From positions 14,006,656-14,070,655 of the forward strand of contig NC_134030.1 in the NCBI RefSeq assembly GCF_964204645.1: a stretch of DNA of 64,000 nucleotides, in the 5' to 3' direction. This document shows positions 50,014 through 61,342 of this stretch, piece after piece (position 1 is the stretch's first letter; each line of letters opens with the position of its first letter). The DNA is from Tubulanus polymorphus. Taxonomy: Eukaryota; Animalia; Nemertea. A program made the position numbers and the translations under genes. Under the pieces are notes generated by a model, which saw nothing but the letters and a program-made list of their open reading frames with translations, ran no database searches and had not been told where the DNA came from.

Positions 50014-52074
50014 TGAAGCGGAACACCGGGATTCGGGGTAGCGTGCTCTGGCAAGTGACTGCAAAAATATACTTCCGTTTCCGTTAAAATTCATAATGTC
50101 AAGTCTAAGGTCTCAACTCTCGGAATTTCCTCGACCAAGAGGGAATACAGGTAACTCTCTCTCTCTCTCTCTTTCTGTAATCCTATACATTTAAGGAAAA
50201 AGTTGCATATAGGCGTCGCTTCTAGGGTTCGCTCACGTCACTAGCATCTGGGAGGTAGAGAAGCTAGAAGGGGAAAATTCTCTTGTTTTCCTCCATGAGA
50301 TTTAACGCGCAAAAATATGTCAAGTCTTCCTCTGGTGAGTGAGAATACTTAAAGGAGTCCTAATTCTCAGTGATAAGTCATAATTGTAACACGGGTGACT
50401 GAATGTCCTCACAAATCACCCATGAAAAAGGCGTGTGCATGTATGAAAAACTGTGACCAAAAGAATTAATAGAAGAATCATGAATGAGTCAAATAAGATA
50501 AAAATCCCCTAGCTTTCTCTCCGACTGAGGAGGAAATACAGGACTGCGTCCAGCGCTACAAGTATTTCCAGCCTCCACAGCCGACCTGATCAGGCGTTTA
50601 GCTTCAAAAAGAATAATAGATACCAACTAAATAAAACGAGGAGCATTCACCAATATTTGGCCTCTCCCACTAGAGGGTGCCCTCAATGCTTCCCCTTTTT
50701 GAAGACTTACATGATGCCCTAAACTCTCCAACCCACAAGATTCTTCAAGAATATTTTATGGTGTCACAGAATCCCAAAAATGCACAAGAAAATCCTTTCC
50801 TCAATTGATAGTAAATCCGACACCACAAAAATAGTTTAGGGAAAAAGGCAAAGATTTAGAATTTTATGTATATGATAATATTCTCTTGAATACTATTTAT
50901 TATTTCTTGGAAATATTCGAACAATGAACAATATATACACAACCTCGAGGTTATCTCTTATTTACAACATTTAAGGTAGATAAGATGGCCAACCGGCCAC
51001 CAAAGGAGGAGATTAACAAGGGCATATTGCCCTTAATACAAGTGCACGACTCGCACCAGAATTCAATAGTATTAGGAATAAAGATTTCAGATATTCTAAC
51101 ATTACGACTCAATAATAGTTACTTAAACCAGGGAAGTGTGATGATCACATCACACTTCCCTGCTTAAACCCTGCGCTCGTTTTACGCTAAAGAAGATGTA
51201 ACTCTAAGTGCTCTTAATAAAGATAAGAATTTTCGCTATATTTAATCATAGTTCCAGTTAAGTATTTATTTAATCATTCTTCCTATTATGTTTATGTAAG
51301 AGATGGTCACTACTCCGAAAACTCAAAAGTTGAGGGAAAAACCAAGAGAGGAAATCGGAAAGAAGAATACTTTCGGGGAATAATTCGAAGGAGAAAACCT
51401 CCTTGAACCCTGAAAGATTGTTTTCCGAAAACATCTTGGAAGAAAAACAACTTTGAGAATAAGGACCAAGAAATACTTAAAGAGAATCAGTGCTAAGTAT
51501 GACTTACTAAGAAAATTAGATTAATCCCTCCCCCCATAGTTCAAAATCTTAGTAATACACACCTAAGAATGTGCACCGAGACTAATTAATAAAGCACATT
51601 TTTGCCTTTTATAGAGCCCAGATTATGACGTAACCCCATCTAATTGGTTAAAACAAAGCACCCCGAGCACACAATATAATTAAGAACCGTATAGTGGCGC
51701 CATCTCGGGCACAGAGCACAGCATAAAAATATCGATTTAAGCACGGGAACATCGATTAAGGCACATTAACTCGAAAAATACAAACCGGGAGTGACCCGAA
51801 CACATAGAAAAGGTCTTTAGGTACAGTTTTTGAATTCAGATTAAATCATACAATATTTCATTAAGATAGAAATGAAAATAGTTTCTAATCCACCAGACCG
51901 AAGTCCAAAGCATTAAACATTCTTGTCTCAGAGTTACAAATACATTATAAGGTTTTATTTTACATCATACAAACTTTTAATAGGAATTTAATATGAATTT
52001 TAGACTGAGCTGGGGAGGACTCTGCAGCTGGAAAATAAAAAGAACAGAACGAAGTGAAACGAATTTCCGCTACA
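50014..52074 (-). mobile_element. Solo LTR of family A
   Basis: Full reverse complement of 14078-16097 with 4-bp TSD ATAT (50010-50013, 52075-52078). The host repeat is continuous across it. Confidence 0.95.
51129..51162. other. 34-bp hairpin insertion, probable P-superfamily excision footprint
   Basis: CAGGGAAGTGTGATG-ATCA-CATCACACTTCCCTG with 7-bp direct repeat CTTAAAC. Absent from the other two LTR A copies. Confidence 0.75.
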
Positions 52075-54537
52075 ATATTGTCAAAGAAATGTCATATTTA
52101 GTTCGTATTTCTCCGTAGAAACCGATTGGAAGACTGGATTCGAATCCCACAAAAAGCACAGTCCCTTAGCAACGGGTCGAATTTTTTTTAGAATAACAAG
52201 AGCGCCGGTTTCACAGCATCACTAAGGGTCGAGTCCCGGAGAATAACGCGCGCGCGGTTCGCGTGTTACAAAATGACCGTCCCGCTCCACACAAGTACTG
52301 AATAATTAACTCAGAATTTTGCCAATCCCTGGGAGTAAAATGCCGTGCGTTTTTTAACATATCGTATCTTTATGTGTTTTTTACTCCCGTTTTTCAAACG
52401 TTATTCCCCTTTTCCGTTTCGAGTAAAATTCGCTATCATCCGTACCGTATTTAAAATACCGTTGTTCCATTAACAAATCTTTAGTGTAAAACATATAAAA
52501 CTATTGAAGCCATGAGATTTAATGTAGAAATCTGACATTTTTAAACTACAGAAAAATTTATTTTCGTATAATCGATAAAACCATAGGCTCTCAATACGTA
52601 ATCAACATTCCCAAACTCCCACGTTGTTTTGCGCAAAAAATGATTTTTTTCTTTTTTAATCTTCAAATTTCTTGTGTAAAACATATAAAACTGTTAAAGC
52701 CGTTCGTAGAACATATCTGGCGATACAGGAAGATTTATTGTCGTAAAACAAACAAGGCTTTCAATTTGTAATCAACACTCCCAAAGCATGTTTTTTTCGC
52801 AAAAATGAATTCCTTTTCTATACATGTATTTGATCACGGCGAATCTTCGCTCGATGAGACTTCGACATTTTGGGTGATTTTCTTTGGCCACGGACCACGT
52901 CGAACACAGGTGCCCCCGCAAAACCTATTTTTTTACAATGTAGAATTCTATATTCTTGAAGTTGCCGAAAGGGCACTCGCCTCTATTTATTCATTAAAAC
53001 TTAAGACTGGCTGTGCGCTTCACCAAGTTTCGACTTTGACATATTAAGCGCAAAAAGTGTAGTTTACATCCGGGACACATGGGCATTGGCTAAAGCGTGG
53101 CAACGAAAATGACGGTCACGGACGGACTTTCGTCGAAACTTGCGGGCCGCGTCGCGCGGGTAGTTTAAATACGTCAATGAAGGATAACAAAATGATTATG
53201 TGTAATTTTCAGAATATTTACAAAGAATATTCACAAAATAATATCAAAAAATGTTATTTTTAGTTCGTATTTCTCCGTAGAAACCGATTGGAAGACTGGA
53301 TTCGAATCCCACAAAAAGCACAGTCCCTTAGCAACGGGTCGAATTTTTTAGAATAACAAGCGCGCCGGTTTCACAGCATCACTAAGGGTCGAGTCCCGGA
53401 GAATAAGGAGCGCGCGCGGTCTGCGTTTTGCAAACCGTTCCGATACAAACGAACACTGAATAATAACTCAGAATTTTGCCAATCCCTGCCGTGTGATAAA
53501 ATGCGTTTTTTAACATATCTTATCTTTTTTACGTGTCTTTAACTCCCGTTTTTGAAACTTTATTCCCTGCTTGCGTATCGAGTAAAATTCGTATACATAA
53601 CACTATAATCCATCAAATATCGTTGTTCCACCCATGCGACCCGTTGTACTACTTAGGAACAAATTTTTAGGGTAAAACATATAAAACTATTGAAGCTATG
53701 AGATTTAATGTAGAAATCTGACGATTTTTAACTAAGGCTTACAGAAAAATTTATTCTCGTATATTCGATAAAACAATAGGCTTTCGATTTGTAATCAACA
53801 TTCCCCAAACTCCCACGTTGTTTTTTCGCAGAAAATGATTTCCATAATTCGCTCGGAGATCTATCATATTTTGGGTGATTTTCTTCGGTCACGCCTTTGG
53901 TACCTTCGTTCAGCAAAACCTACGTTCTTTACAATGTTGAACTTGGGAACAAGTCTTGTGTAAAACATATAAAACTATTAAAGATTTAATGTAGAACATC
54001 GACGATACATTAAGATTTATTCTCGTATGAACGATAGAACAAAAAAGGCTTTCACAATTTGTAATCAACATTCGCAAAGCATGTTTTTTTCGCAAAAATG
54101 AATTTCTTTTCTAATGATCACGGCGAACCTTCGCTCATATATCTTCGATATCTAAAGTGATTTTCTTTGGCCACAGGCCCACGCCGAACATAGAATACCT
54201 TCAACAAAACCTATGTTTTTTACAATGTAGAATTCTATATGAGTTGGGAAGAGCCACTCGCCTCTATCTATTTATTAAAACTCAAGTCGGCTGTGCGCTT
54301 CACCAAGTTTCGACTTTGACATATTATTCATCATGCTATATCTAAATATTGATATTACATTTTTTTATCAATGTGGAAATAACTGAGAAAAACTTATTTA
54401 GATAACTTGAGTATGGATAACTAATCTCAAAAGTTTTGCTCTAAAAAACTATTAGAACTTATTAACTATGGGCGCAATAAAACTATTGTATTGCATTGGC
54501 CATATGTCCTTTTCCGCATATTCCGCACAACACTGAC

Positions 54538-54568
54538 ATTGCCATTGACAACGGCTGAACCCGGAAGT
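54538..54568. promoter_or_regulatory. Putative RFX X-box plus ETS site upstream of TRAF3IP1
   Basis: ATTGCCATTGACAAC (reverse complement GTTGTCAATGGCAAT) ~110 bp before the ATG, and CCGGAAGT at 54561. X-boxes are typical of IFT gene promoters. Confidence 0.55.
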
Positions 54569-54663
54569 ACGCAGTGTATTCTGGACTAGAATTCCGGAAT
54601 TCCGAGGTAAAGTGTCGAGACGTTTTTTTTCGCCTAATTTGAAACTGGGTGAAGCGCGGCGTC

Positions 54664-54798
54664 ATGGATGAAAAAGAATTTCAGAAAATATCGAAGAAAA
54701 CTCAGGACTCATTGGGAAAACTGATTAAAAAGCCTCCCCTAACGGATAAACTGCTGAAGAAACCGCCTTTCAGATTTTTGCATGATATCATCACCTCG
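54664..54798 (+). CDS. TRAF3IP1: TRAF3IP1/IFT54 (MIP-T3) coding exon 1
   Basis: [45 protein letters not shown], the recognisable MIP-T3 N-terminus. Donor GTAAGT. Confidence 0.95.
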
Positions 54799-56493
54799 GT
54801 AAGTCCTCGCTCATTCGACCTGGATGGATAAGGATGGAGTCCAGACCACAAATCCACACTGTGCACCTCCCTTAGCTGTGATTTGAACATGATGACAACG
54901 CCACGAATCGGCCACGGTATTGGTAGGCCTATACAAAACCCTTGTCCATGCCAATTATCACAGTCACAGAGCGTAGGTTTTGCTGCACAAACGTTGTGGC
55001 GGCACCAATTCAATTCTCCGTTTTATCACTGGGGCTACGCGTGGAATACCTGATAAGACATTCTCAAGAGAGAATTTCGATCACAACTTTTAATTGAAAA
55101 ATGAACATGAAAAATGAAATGGCAAAACTACAAGTGAAAAACCTATTAGGCCTACTTAAACTAATAAACAAAATAAAATGTATCAAAAATACCACAACAT
55201 CTAAAATAGAGACGGTTAGATCTACTGCTGTAGCAGTAACTGCAGCAGTACTGCTTGTAATATATATATTTGAAACTGCAATTCAATTCAATGTTATGTT
55301 TATTGCACCGCAATAAATCAATAGTTCAGCAGTCGTGATGTATCTGCGGGAGGCCTCCGCCCTCACCCACTTCTGCTAGTTATTCTAATTGAAGTAACTA
55401 TCGAAATTTTGAGATGCTCCCTAACTGTCTGTCACACATGGTAGGCGATCTTTTCAACCTTACCTTAAGCGTCGTTGGTAGGCCTAAGCTTTTATTAATC
55501 GGATGGACTTATCAAGACTCGGCCCGACACAAAATAAAATCATGCAGTCTTCAGTAGGCTATTTGAATTTTAAGATCCTAAACCTTCTGATTCCTTGTGA
55601 TTCGTCGCTTATTCTGGGTCCTAAGGTGGTGATTATTATTGCTCTTGAAAATAGGGTATTTTTCGATTTATATTTTCTCTGACTCAAATGCGTATATATA
55701 CACAATATAGCTCATTTGCATTGATAGACAAGTTTTATGAATGATTTTTCTGTTGGCAGTTGGTTCTTAAAATATGATTTGCAATCCCACTCTCAGGCTT
55801 TTGATTACAGATATCTACTCTGTTCCTTTTTGCGTCCCGTTTCACCGATGGAGGCCTACATCATGTTACAAAACCTGTAGCTCCTGAATTGTTGGCTGCT
55901 GTTCTTTGAAATTTGTGGTGATTATAGGCCTACTTTAAGAAGGGCTCTCAAACATATCAACATATTTTTTTATCAGTCAAGCATGACACAATCGGTAGCC
56001 ATCTTGCTGTTGACAGGTTTTAACTCATAGTCCTGATATTTGATTAATCGTCTCGCTGTCATAGTATTCATTTCCTAGCGTGGAATTGGGGTTACCTAGG
56101 TTATTGTTCTCGCCAGCAGGGGGAGTTGAATATTGACTTATATACAATTTGCCTGATTTAGGCCTATATTGGGACCTATGCATATTTTGTAACCACAATC
56201 AATTGCATAGTTTTAGGCCTAGCTCATGACAGCAGTTTCAAGGCCATTGGTTTTTATGGTCACCAGGGGGTGTTGAATGTTGAAATAGTTTGATTGACTT
56301 GTAGATGTCCTATGACTGTGAGTTTTAGGCCACTGATTTCTGTCTTTATTCACTGGCAGGTGTTTACTCCCTACTGAACTTAAATTATGTTTGGAAACTT
56401 AATTAATTAGGAAAACAGACTCTGCTCACTTCAGCTGATACAGCTTAATCCATTGCATTTCTTGCTGGCAGCTATTTAGATTTTAATTTCCAG

Positions 56494-56611
56494 GTGATAC
56501 GAATGACTGGATTTATGAAGGGTTTGTACACTGCTACTGAAATGAACAGTGAAAATGTGAAGGAAAAAGAAGCCAAAATAGCTTTTCTACAAAAAGCAAT
56601 TGATATGGTTG
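56494..56611 (+). CDS. TRAF3IP1: TRAF3IP1 coding exon 2
   Basis: [48 protein letters not shown] boundaries, phase consistent. Confidence 0.95.
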
Positions 56612-56619
56612 GTAAGTAG

Positions 56620-57697
56620 GCCTACGAGCAACCGGCTTGGCGGGCGTGCAGATGTTGTTCCCACTCTACGGGCTAAAGTTTTTGGTTGATTTTCTTGCTA
56701 CTTGGTATGTTTTTTTTAGGTGTGAGGAGTTTGAGCCCTTATGTGTTTGACATAAATAGGTCAACCAAGATGGCTGCCACAGTTATTTCGATATGCGTTA
56801 ATTAGCCAGTTTTAAGCTTGTTTCCACTCTACAATCGACAATTTTTAGGCCAGTTTTAGGCTGAGCCTATAACTATACAAATTGATTGAATTTAGATGAC
56901 ATGGTTTCCAGAGGAATCAGGGGCACCCCCAGGGACCACTGTCGAGGTTAGCACAATTTATGAATAAGGCATTTTGAAAGGGTCCATTAGCATAAGATAA
57001 ATTTGGTCGATCGAACTCAAGATGGATGCCTGTGACTTTTTTTTGAGCCCAAAAATGTCACTTTTGATCCAAACTCTCTAGCTTCCTAATGGTTTGCCAT
57101 TTTTCATCGCAATTTATGGTAGCCTAGGTATTCTATGAAAAAGAATATTTAATAGGCCACATAAGACAGGTATTATTGGTCAGCCAATTATCACACAATG
57201 ACGGCCATCTTAGATGGAAAAAAGGATAATAACGGCATGTTTGAACTTATAGCCTTGATATTTGATTAGTATTTGCACCGTCGTAGGATACATCTCCTCA
57301 CATGAAATTTGGGTTCAATTCTTTGTTCCTGCCACCAGAAGTTAAATATTGAATAACATACAGTTTGTCTACTTATATTGGTACTTACAATGTCTTTGGT
57401 GTTTGTATATGATCACCAGGGGGTGTTGAATAGTACAATAACTTAGTATTTCCTTATTATATTATGACCTAGGCATATTTTGTTACCTAAATCAATTGCA
57501 AAATTGTACCTTGTGACATATTCTAATGTTGTGGTGAGTATCAAGGTCATTGATTTTAGTTTGTATGGTCACCAGGGGCATTGAATATTGAAATGGTTAG
57601 ATTTACTATTTGAAACCACTTGGTGAAACCATTTGAAACCACTTGGGGAAACCATTTGAAACCACGCGGGCATGGTGTCCCTGGACCCCTTGTTTTA
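56620..57697 (+). mobile_element. Degenerate HINE-like copy in intron 2
   Basis: Ends CATGGTGTCCCTGGACCCCTTGTTTT like 61285-61308 and contains GGTCACCAGGGG repeats. Start approximate. Confidence 0.6.
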
Positions 57698-57840
57698 TGT
57701 GAGGATATATGAACAGAAAAAACAAAATAAAAACAAAAAGCCGTAAAATATGTAATCATTCATATTTTTTGCATGTTTGTAAACAATTTTCGATCAGTGG
57801 TTATGTCCCACTAGTTCAAAGATCTTCTTGGTTTTTTCAG

Positions 57841-57953
57841 CACTTGTTACTGGTAAAGTGGTCAGTGTAAAACCAAATAAGATTGTCTCTGGCCATGAAC
57901 CTGAAAAAACTAATGAATTCTTGCAACTCTTAGCAACTGCGATCCTGAAAAAG
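57841..57953 (+). CDS. TRAF3IP1: TRAF3IP1 coding exon 3
   Basis: (A)LVTGKVVSVKPNKIVSGHEPEKTNEFLQLLATAILKK with the conserved GHEPE-TNE motif. TTTCAG/GTTAGT boundaries. Confidence 0.95.
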
Positions 57954-58652
57954 GTTAGTTTTTCAAATTATGTGGATGATTGAAATACCTTCTTGGCTCA
58001 TCTGTGACATAAAACAGGGTCCCCACACCTCTTTCAGTTTTGAGAAATAGGCATTTAGAAATTTTGTCTAGTCTGTAGTTGTACAGTAGACTTCCCCTAA
58101 ATTGATACAGTTTGGACCTGAATGTTTTTTACCCAAGTAAAAGTACTAGTACTTAGCCAATTACAGAATAAGAAACCTCGTTAAGGTTATGTAAAGGAGA
58201 GAAAACCACTGAATTCATGGTTAGCAATTAGGATAATGAAAGTGATGCAGACACTTCTCAAAATTTGATCCTTGAAAACTCCTAATATTCAGGAATGACT
58301 GATGTTTAGGGATCCTGTGAAGTGGAGCTGATGGCTTAGGGGATAACCATCCGCCGCTATCAACTTATAGTTTTAAATAGTTTAAGGTATCCCCCAACGT
58401 AATTGATGTGGCTTTTGGATGGCGGGAAACGGTGAACTTTGTTCATATATGGATTACTACAGTATGTATGACATAGGCCTATGGTAATTCAATGACTTGT
58501 AGAATGATTTCTAGATAGGCCTATTTACATACCGGTATTTAGATTGTGTGAAAATATCAGACTTGTGGATTTGTTTGTTTTTGGTCCAAATGTTCAATAC
58601 CCAATTCATTTATCTTGATCCATGTTGTATCAGCGATATATTCTTTTCGAAG

Positions 58653-58763
58653 GTTGATAATGATGAATTTGTAAAAAGAGTTTTGTCCAGTGAAAAACCT
58701 GGGAAATCTTCGGTGACCAAAAAAGACAATGAGAAGAAAGATGATCCAAAAGAAAAGAAGAGG
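58653..58763 (+). CDS. TRAF3IP1: TRAF3IP1 coding exon 4 (gene continues beyond window)
   Basis: VDNDEFVKRVLSSEKPGKSSVTKKDNEKKDDPKEKKR. AG/GTATGT boundaries, in phase. Confidence 0.88.
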
Positions 58764-60029
58764 GTATGTTATGTTTTGTTAAGAGGGAATAAAGGAATTA
58801 GGCCTATCTATGTCATGATCAGCCTATTCATACAATTTGATCAAATCATAGGGGTATTCATGGAGTGCTGGGAAGGGTCTATTTGTGCCTGTCGAATCAA
58901 TAAATTTCTGCATTTAATTTTTAGCTGAGGCTACTTTGTAATAGATTGGAAAAATGTGTGACTAATATCTCAAAATCTAATAAACACATTTGACCAGTTT
59001 GTATGTAGCCGTTACGATGCTTAAATTTGAGCTCAATTGCTCTAAGGAAGTTAAACTAATATGGTTTCACTTAGAACTCAAGAATTTTCAATCGTGGAAG
59101 TTGCAAAATTTCATATGTCTTTTCGGCGTCTTAAAGCGCTTGTGTTTGTCACTATCCCTAGATAGCTGCAGATGTACAGAATATCCTTGCTCTTTCAAAA
59201 TGGCCACCACTGCATACATCTTAAATCCTCTTTCAGCTACAAATGAAATGCGATTTTCTTGAAAATTGGTACGTAGTTGTAATGAGCAAGGTACATTAAT
59301 TGCATCCAGTGCTGCCAAGTGTCCCGATTTAGGCGGAATCGTTACGCCTTGGTATAGAAAAATACAACGTTCTGACATATGCTTGAAAAATAGGATTTTT
59401 CGAATAGAAATATCGAAATTTTTACGATTTTTCTTGTTATTTTCTTATTATGAATGAGTCTCAAATTTTCTTGTTCCTATCTCAATCATAAAAATCTATG
59501 TAAAAAAATGTTGCGAGCCGATCGTCGATAAAGATTCTTGAAAGTGTCAGGTGACTCTGCAAGGCAGAGCCACTAGCTGGCTTGATATGCTCCCATGACC
59601 ATGGCAAGTGAGTGAATAAGAAGGTTACAAAATGATGTCCATGATGGTTGTTAGTGACCTGCCTCCGAAGAGGACTCAGGACCACCAAGTAAGAAGAAGA
59701 AAAGAATGCAACAGTTTAAACTATCATATTCATCAGCCTTCCCTTGTGTCACTAGCAGCAAAAGAGGAACACATTTCGCTTTGTGCACTGTTTGCTGCTG
59801 TGGTTTAGTGTCAGCCGCGGAGGAATTTGCAATGTGAAGAAACACTGTTCTGCTACAAACACGTACGTATAGACAAGTATGAATAAAAGGATTTCGGCAT
59901 TTTTCAAGAAACCACAAAGTTTTAATGGCGCGACCAAAGTGGAAGTCCTATATACCATGTTTTTGGTTTACCTTTGTCAGCGATATGAAGTTGGCATTGA
60001 GCCAATTCATGTAAAATCGCGGTACGTTT

Positions 60030-61308
60030 TTCAGCCCACTTGGGACTTTAGTCCCAGCGGGCTGTTGCGTTCACTTTTCGTCCGTCCGTCCGTTGTAGCG
60101 TCCGTCCGTCCGTAGACGGAATCCAGTTATTTTGGGAAGTTTTGAAGATGCTTCAAGGTAACGATATTTGATATTTGGGTTACACATGTATCTACCCTAG
60201 ACACATCTTCAGCCCAAAAACTGGCCCTGTCAGAATCAATATGGCCGACTGGCAGCCATTGTTGTTCGCCAAAATCAGCACTTTTTACACATTTTTGAAC
60301 TTTTTGAGGGAAATTTTGAAGACGCTTTGATCAATTACCTTGATCTTTCGGATATATGTGAATCCCCCCAGGGCCCATCAACATAACAAAAATTGGGTCC
60401 TTCAGACTCAAGATGGCCGTCCTATGACCTTTTTAGTGGCCAAAAATGTTAATTTTGGCCCGAATTCTGAGTCCTGTAGCTTCCTACTGGTTTGCCATTT
60501 CTCATTACAATTTGTGATGGGTGTTCTTTGGAAAGGGATATTTTATACCTGAGACAGGTATTTTTCATCAGCCAATTATGACGCAATTGGCGGCCATCTT
60601 GGTGTCACCAGTACTCATTCGTAAGTGGGAAAAAGTTTTCCACATTATATTGATACCTAAGCTTATTTTGCTACCACAATCAATTAGAAAGTTGTAGCTC
60701 ATAACGTGTTCTATGATTGTGGTGAGTTTCAAGGTAATTGGAATTCGTATATGGCCACCAGGGGGCGTTGAATAATACAATATCTTAGCATTTCTTTATT
60801 ATATTCGTACCTATGAATATTTTGTAACCACAATCAATTGGAAAGTTGTAGCTCATGACATCATCTATGATTGTTGCGAGTTTTAAGGACATAAGTTTTT
60901 CTATATGGTCACCAGGGGGCGTTGAATAGTAGAATAACTTAGTATTTCCTTATTATATTGGTACCTAGGCATATTTTGTTACCATGATCAATTGCAAAGT
61001 TGTAGTTCATGACATGTTTTATGATTGTGGTGACTTTCGAGGTCATTGGGTTTTCAATATGGTCACCAGGGGGCGTTGAATAGTAGAATGACTTAGTATT
61101 TCCATATTAAATTGGTAACGAGGCATATTTTGTTATCACAATCAATTACAAAATCGTAGCTGCTGACATGTTCTATGATTGTGGTGAGTTTTAAGGTCAT
61201 TGGTTTTTGTAAATGGTCACCAGGGGGCTTTGAATATTGAAATTGTTAGATTGTTGAGCATTTGAAACCACTTCCCAAGTGGGCATGGTGTCCCTGGACC
61301 CCTAGTTT
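60030..61308 (+). mobile_element. Intact HINE/DINE-1-like Helentron non-autonomous element
   Basis: Subterminal IRs GCCCACTTGGGA (60034-60045) and TCCCAAGTGGGC (61273-61284). 5' hairpin, (GTCC)n microsatellite, ~155-bp internal tandem repeats, 3' hairpin. T-run flanks. Confidence 0.85.
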
Positions 61309-61342
61309 ATGTGAGCATTTGTTTCATTGGTTCTCGGCTTAA

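Larger units (their letters stand above)
39215..54325 (+). mobile_element. Three head-to-tail copies of a Helentron-type non-autonomous repeat (~39215-39914, 39915-53045 interrupted, 53046-54325)
   Basis: Each copy ends GCTGTGCGCTTCACCAAGTTTCGACTTTGACATATT. Copy 2 starts AAGCGCACAGC (subterminal inverted repeat) plus a GAGCGCCGAAGGCGCG hairpin. Copy 3 shows the empty sites for the LTR insertions in copy 2. Confidence 0.75.

Noticed and set aside
14078-52074. Inversion mediated by oppositely oriented LTR A copies
   Set aside because: The solo LTR has matching ATAT TSDs and a continuous host repeat on both sides.
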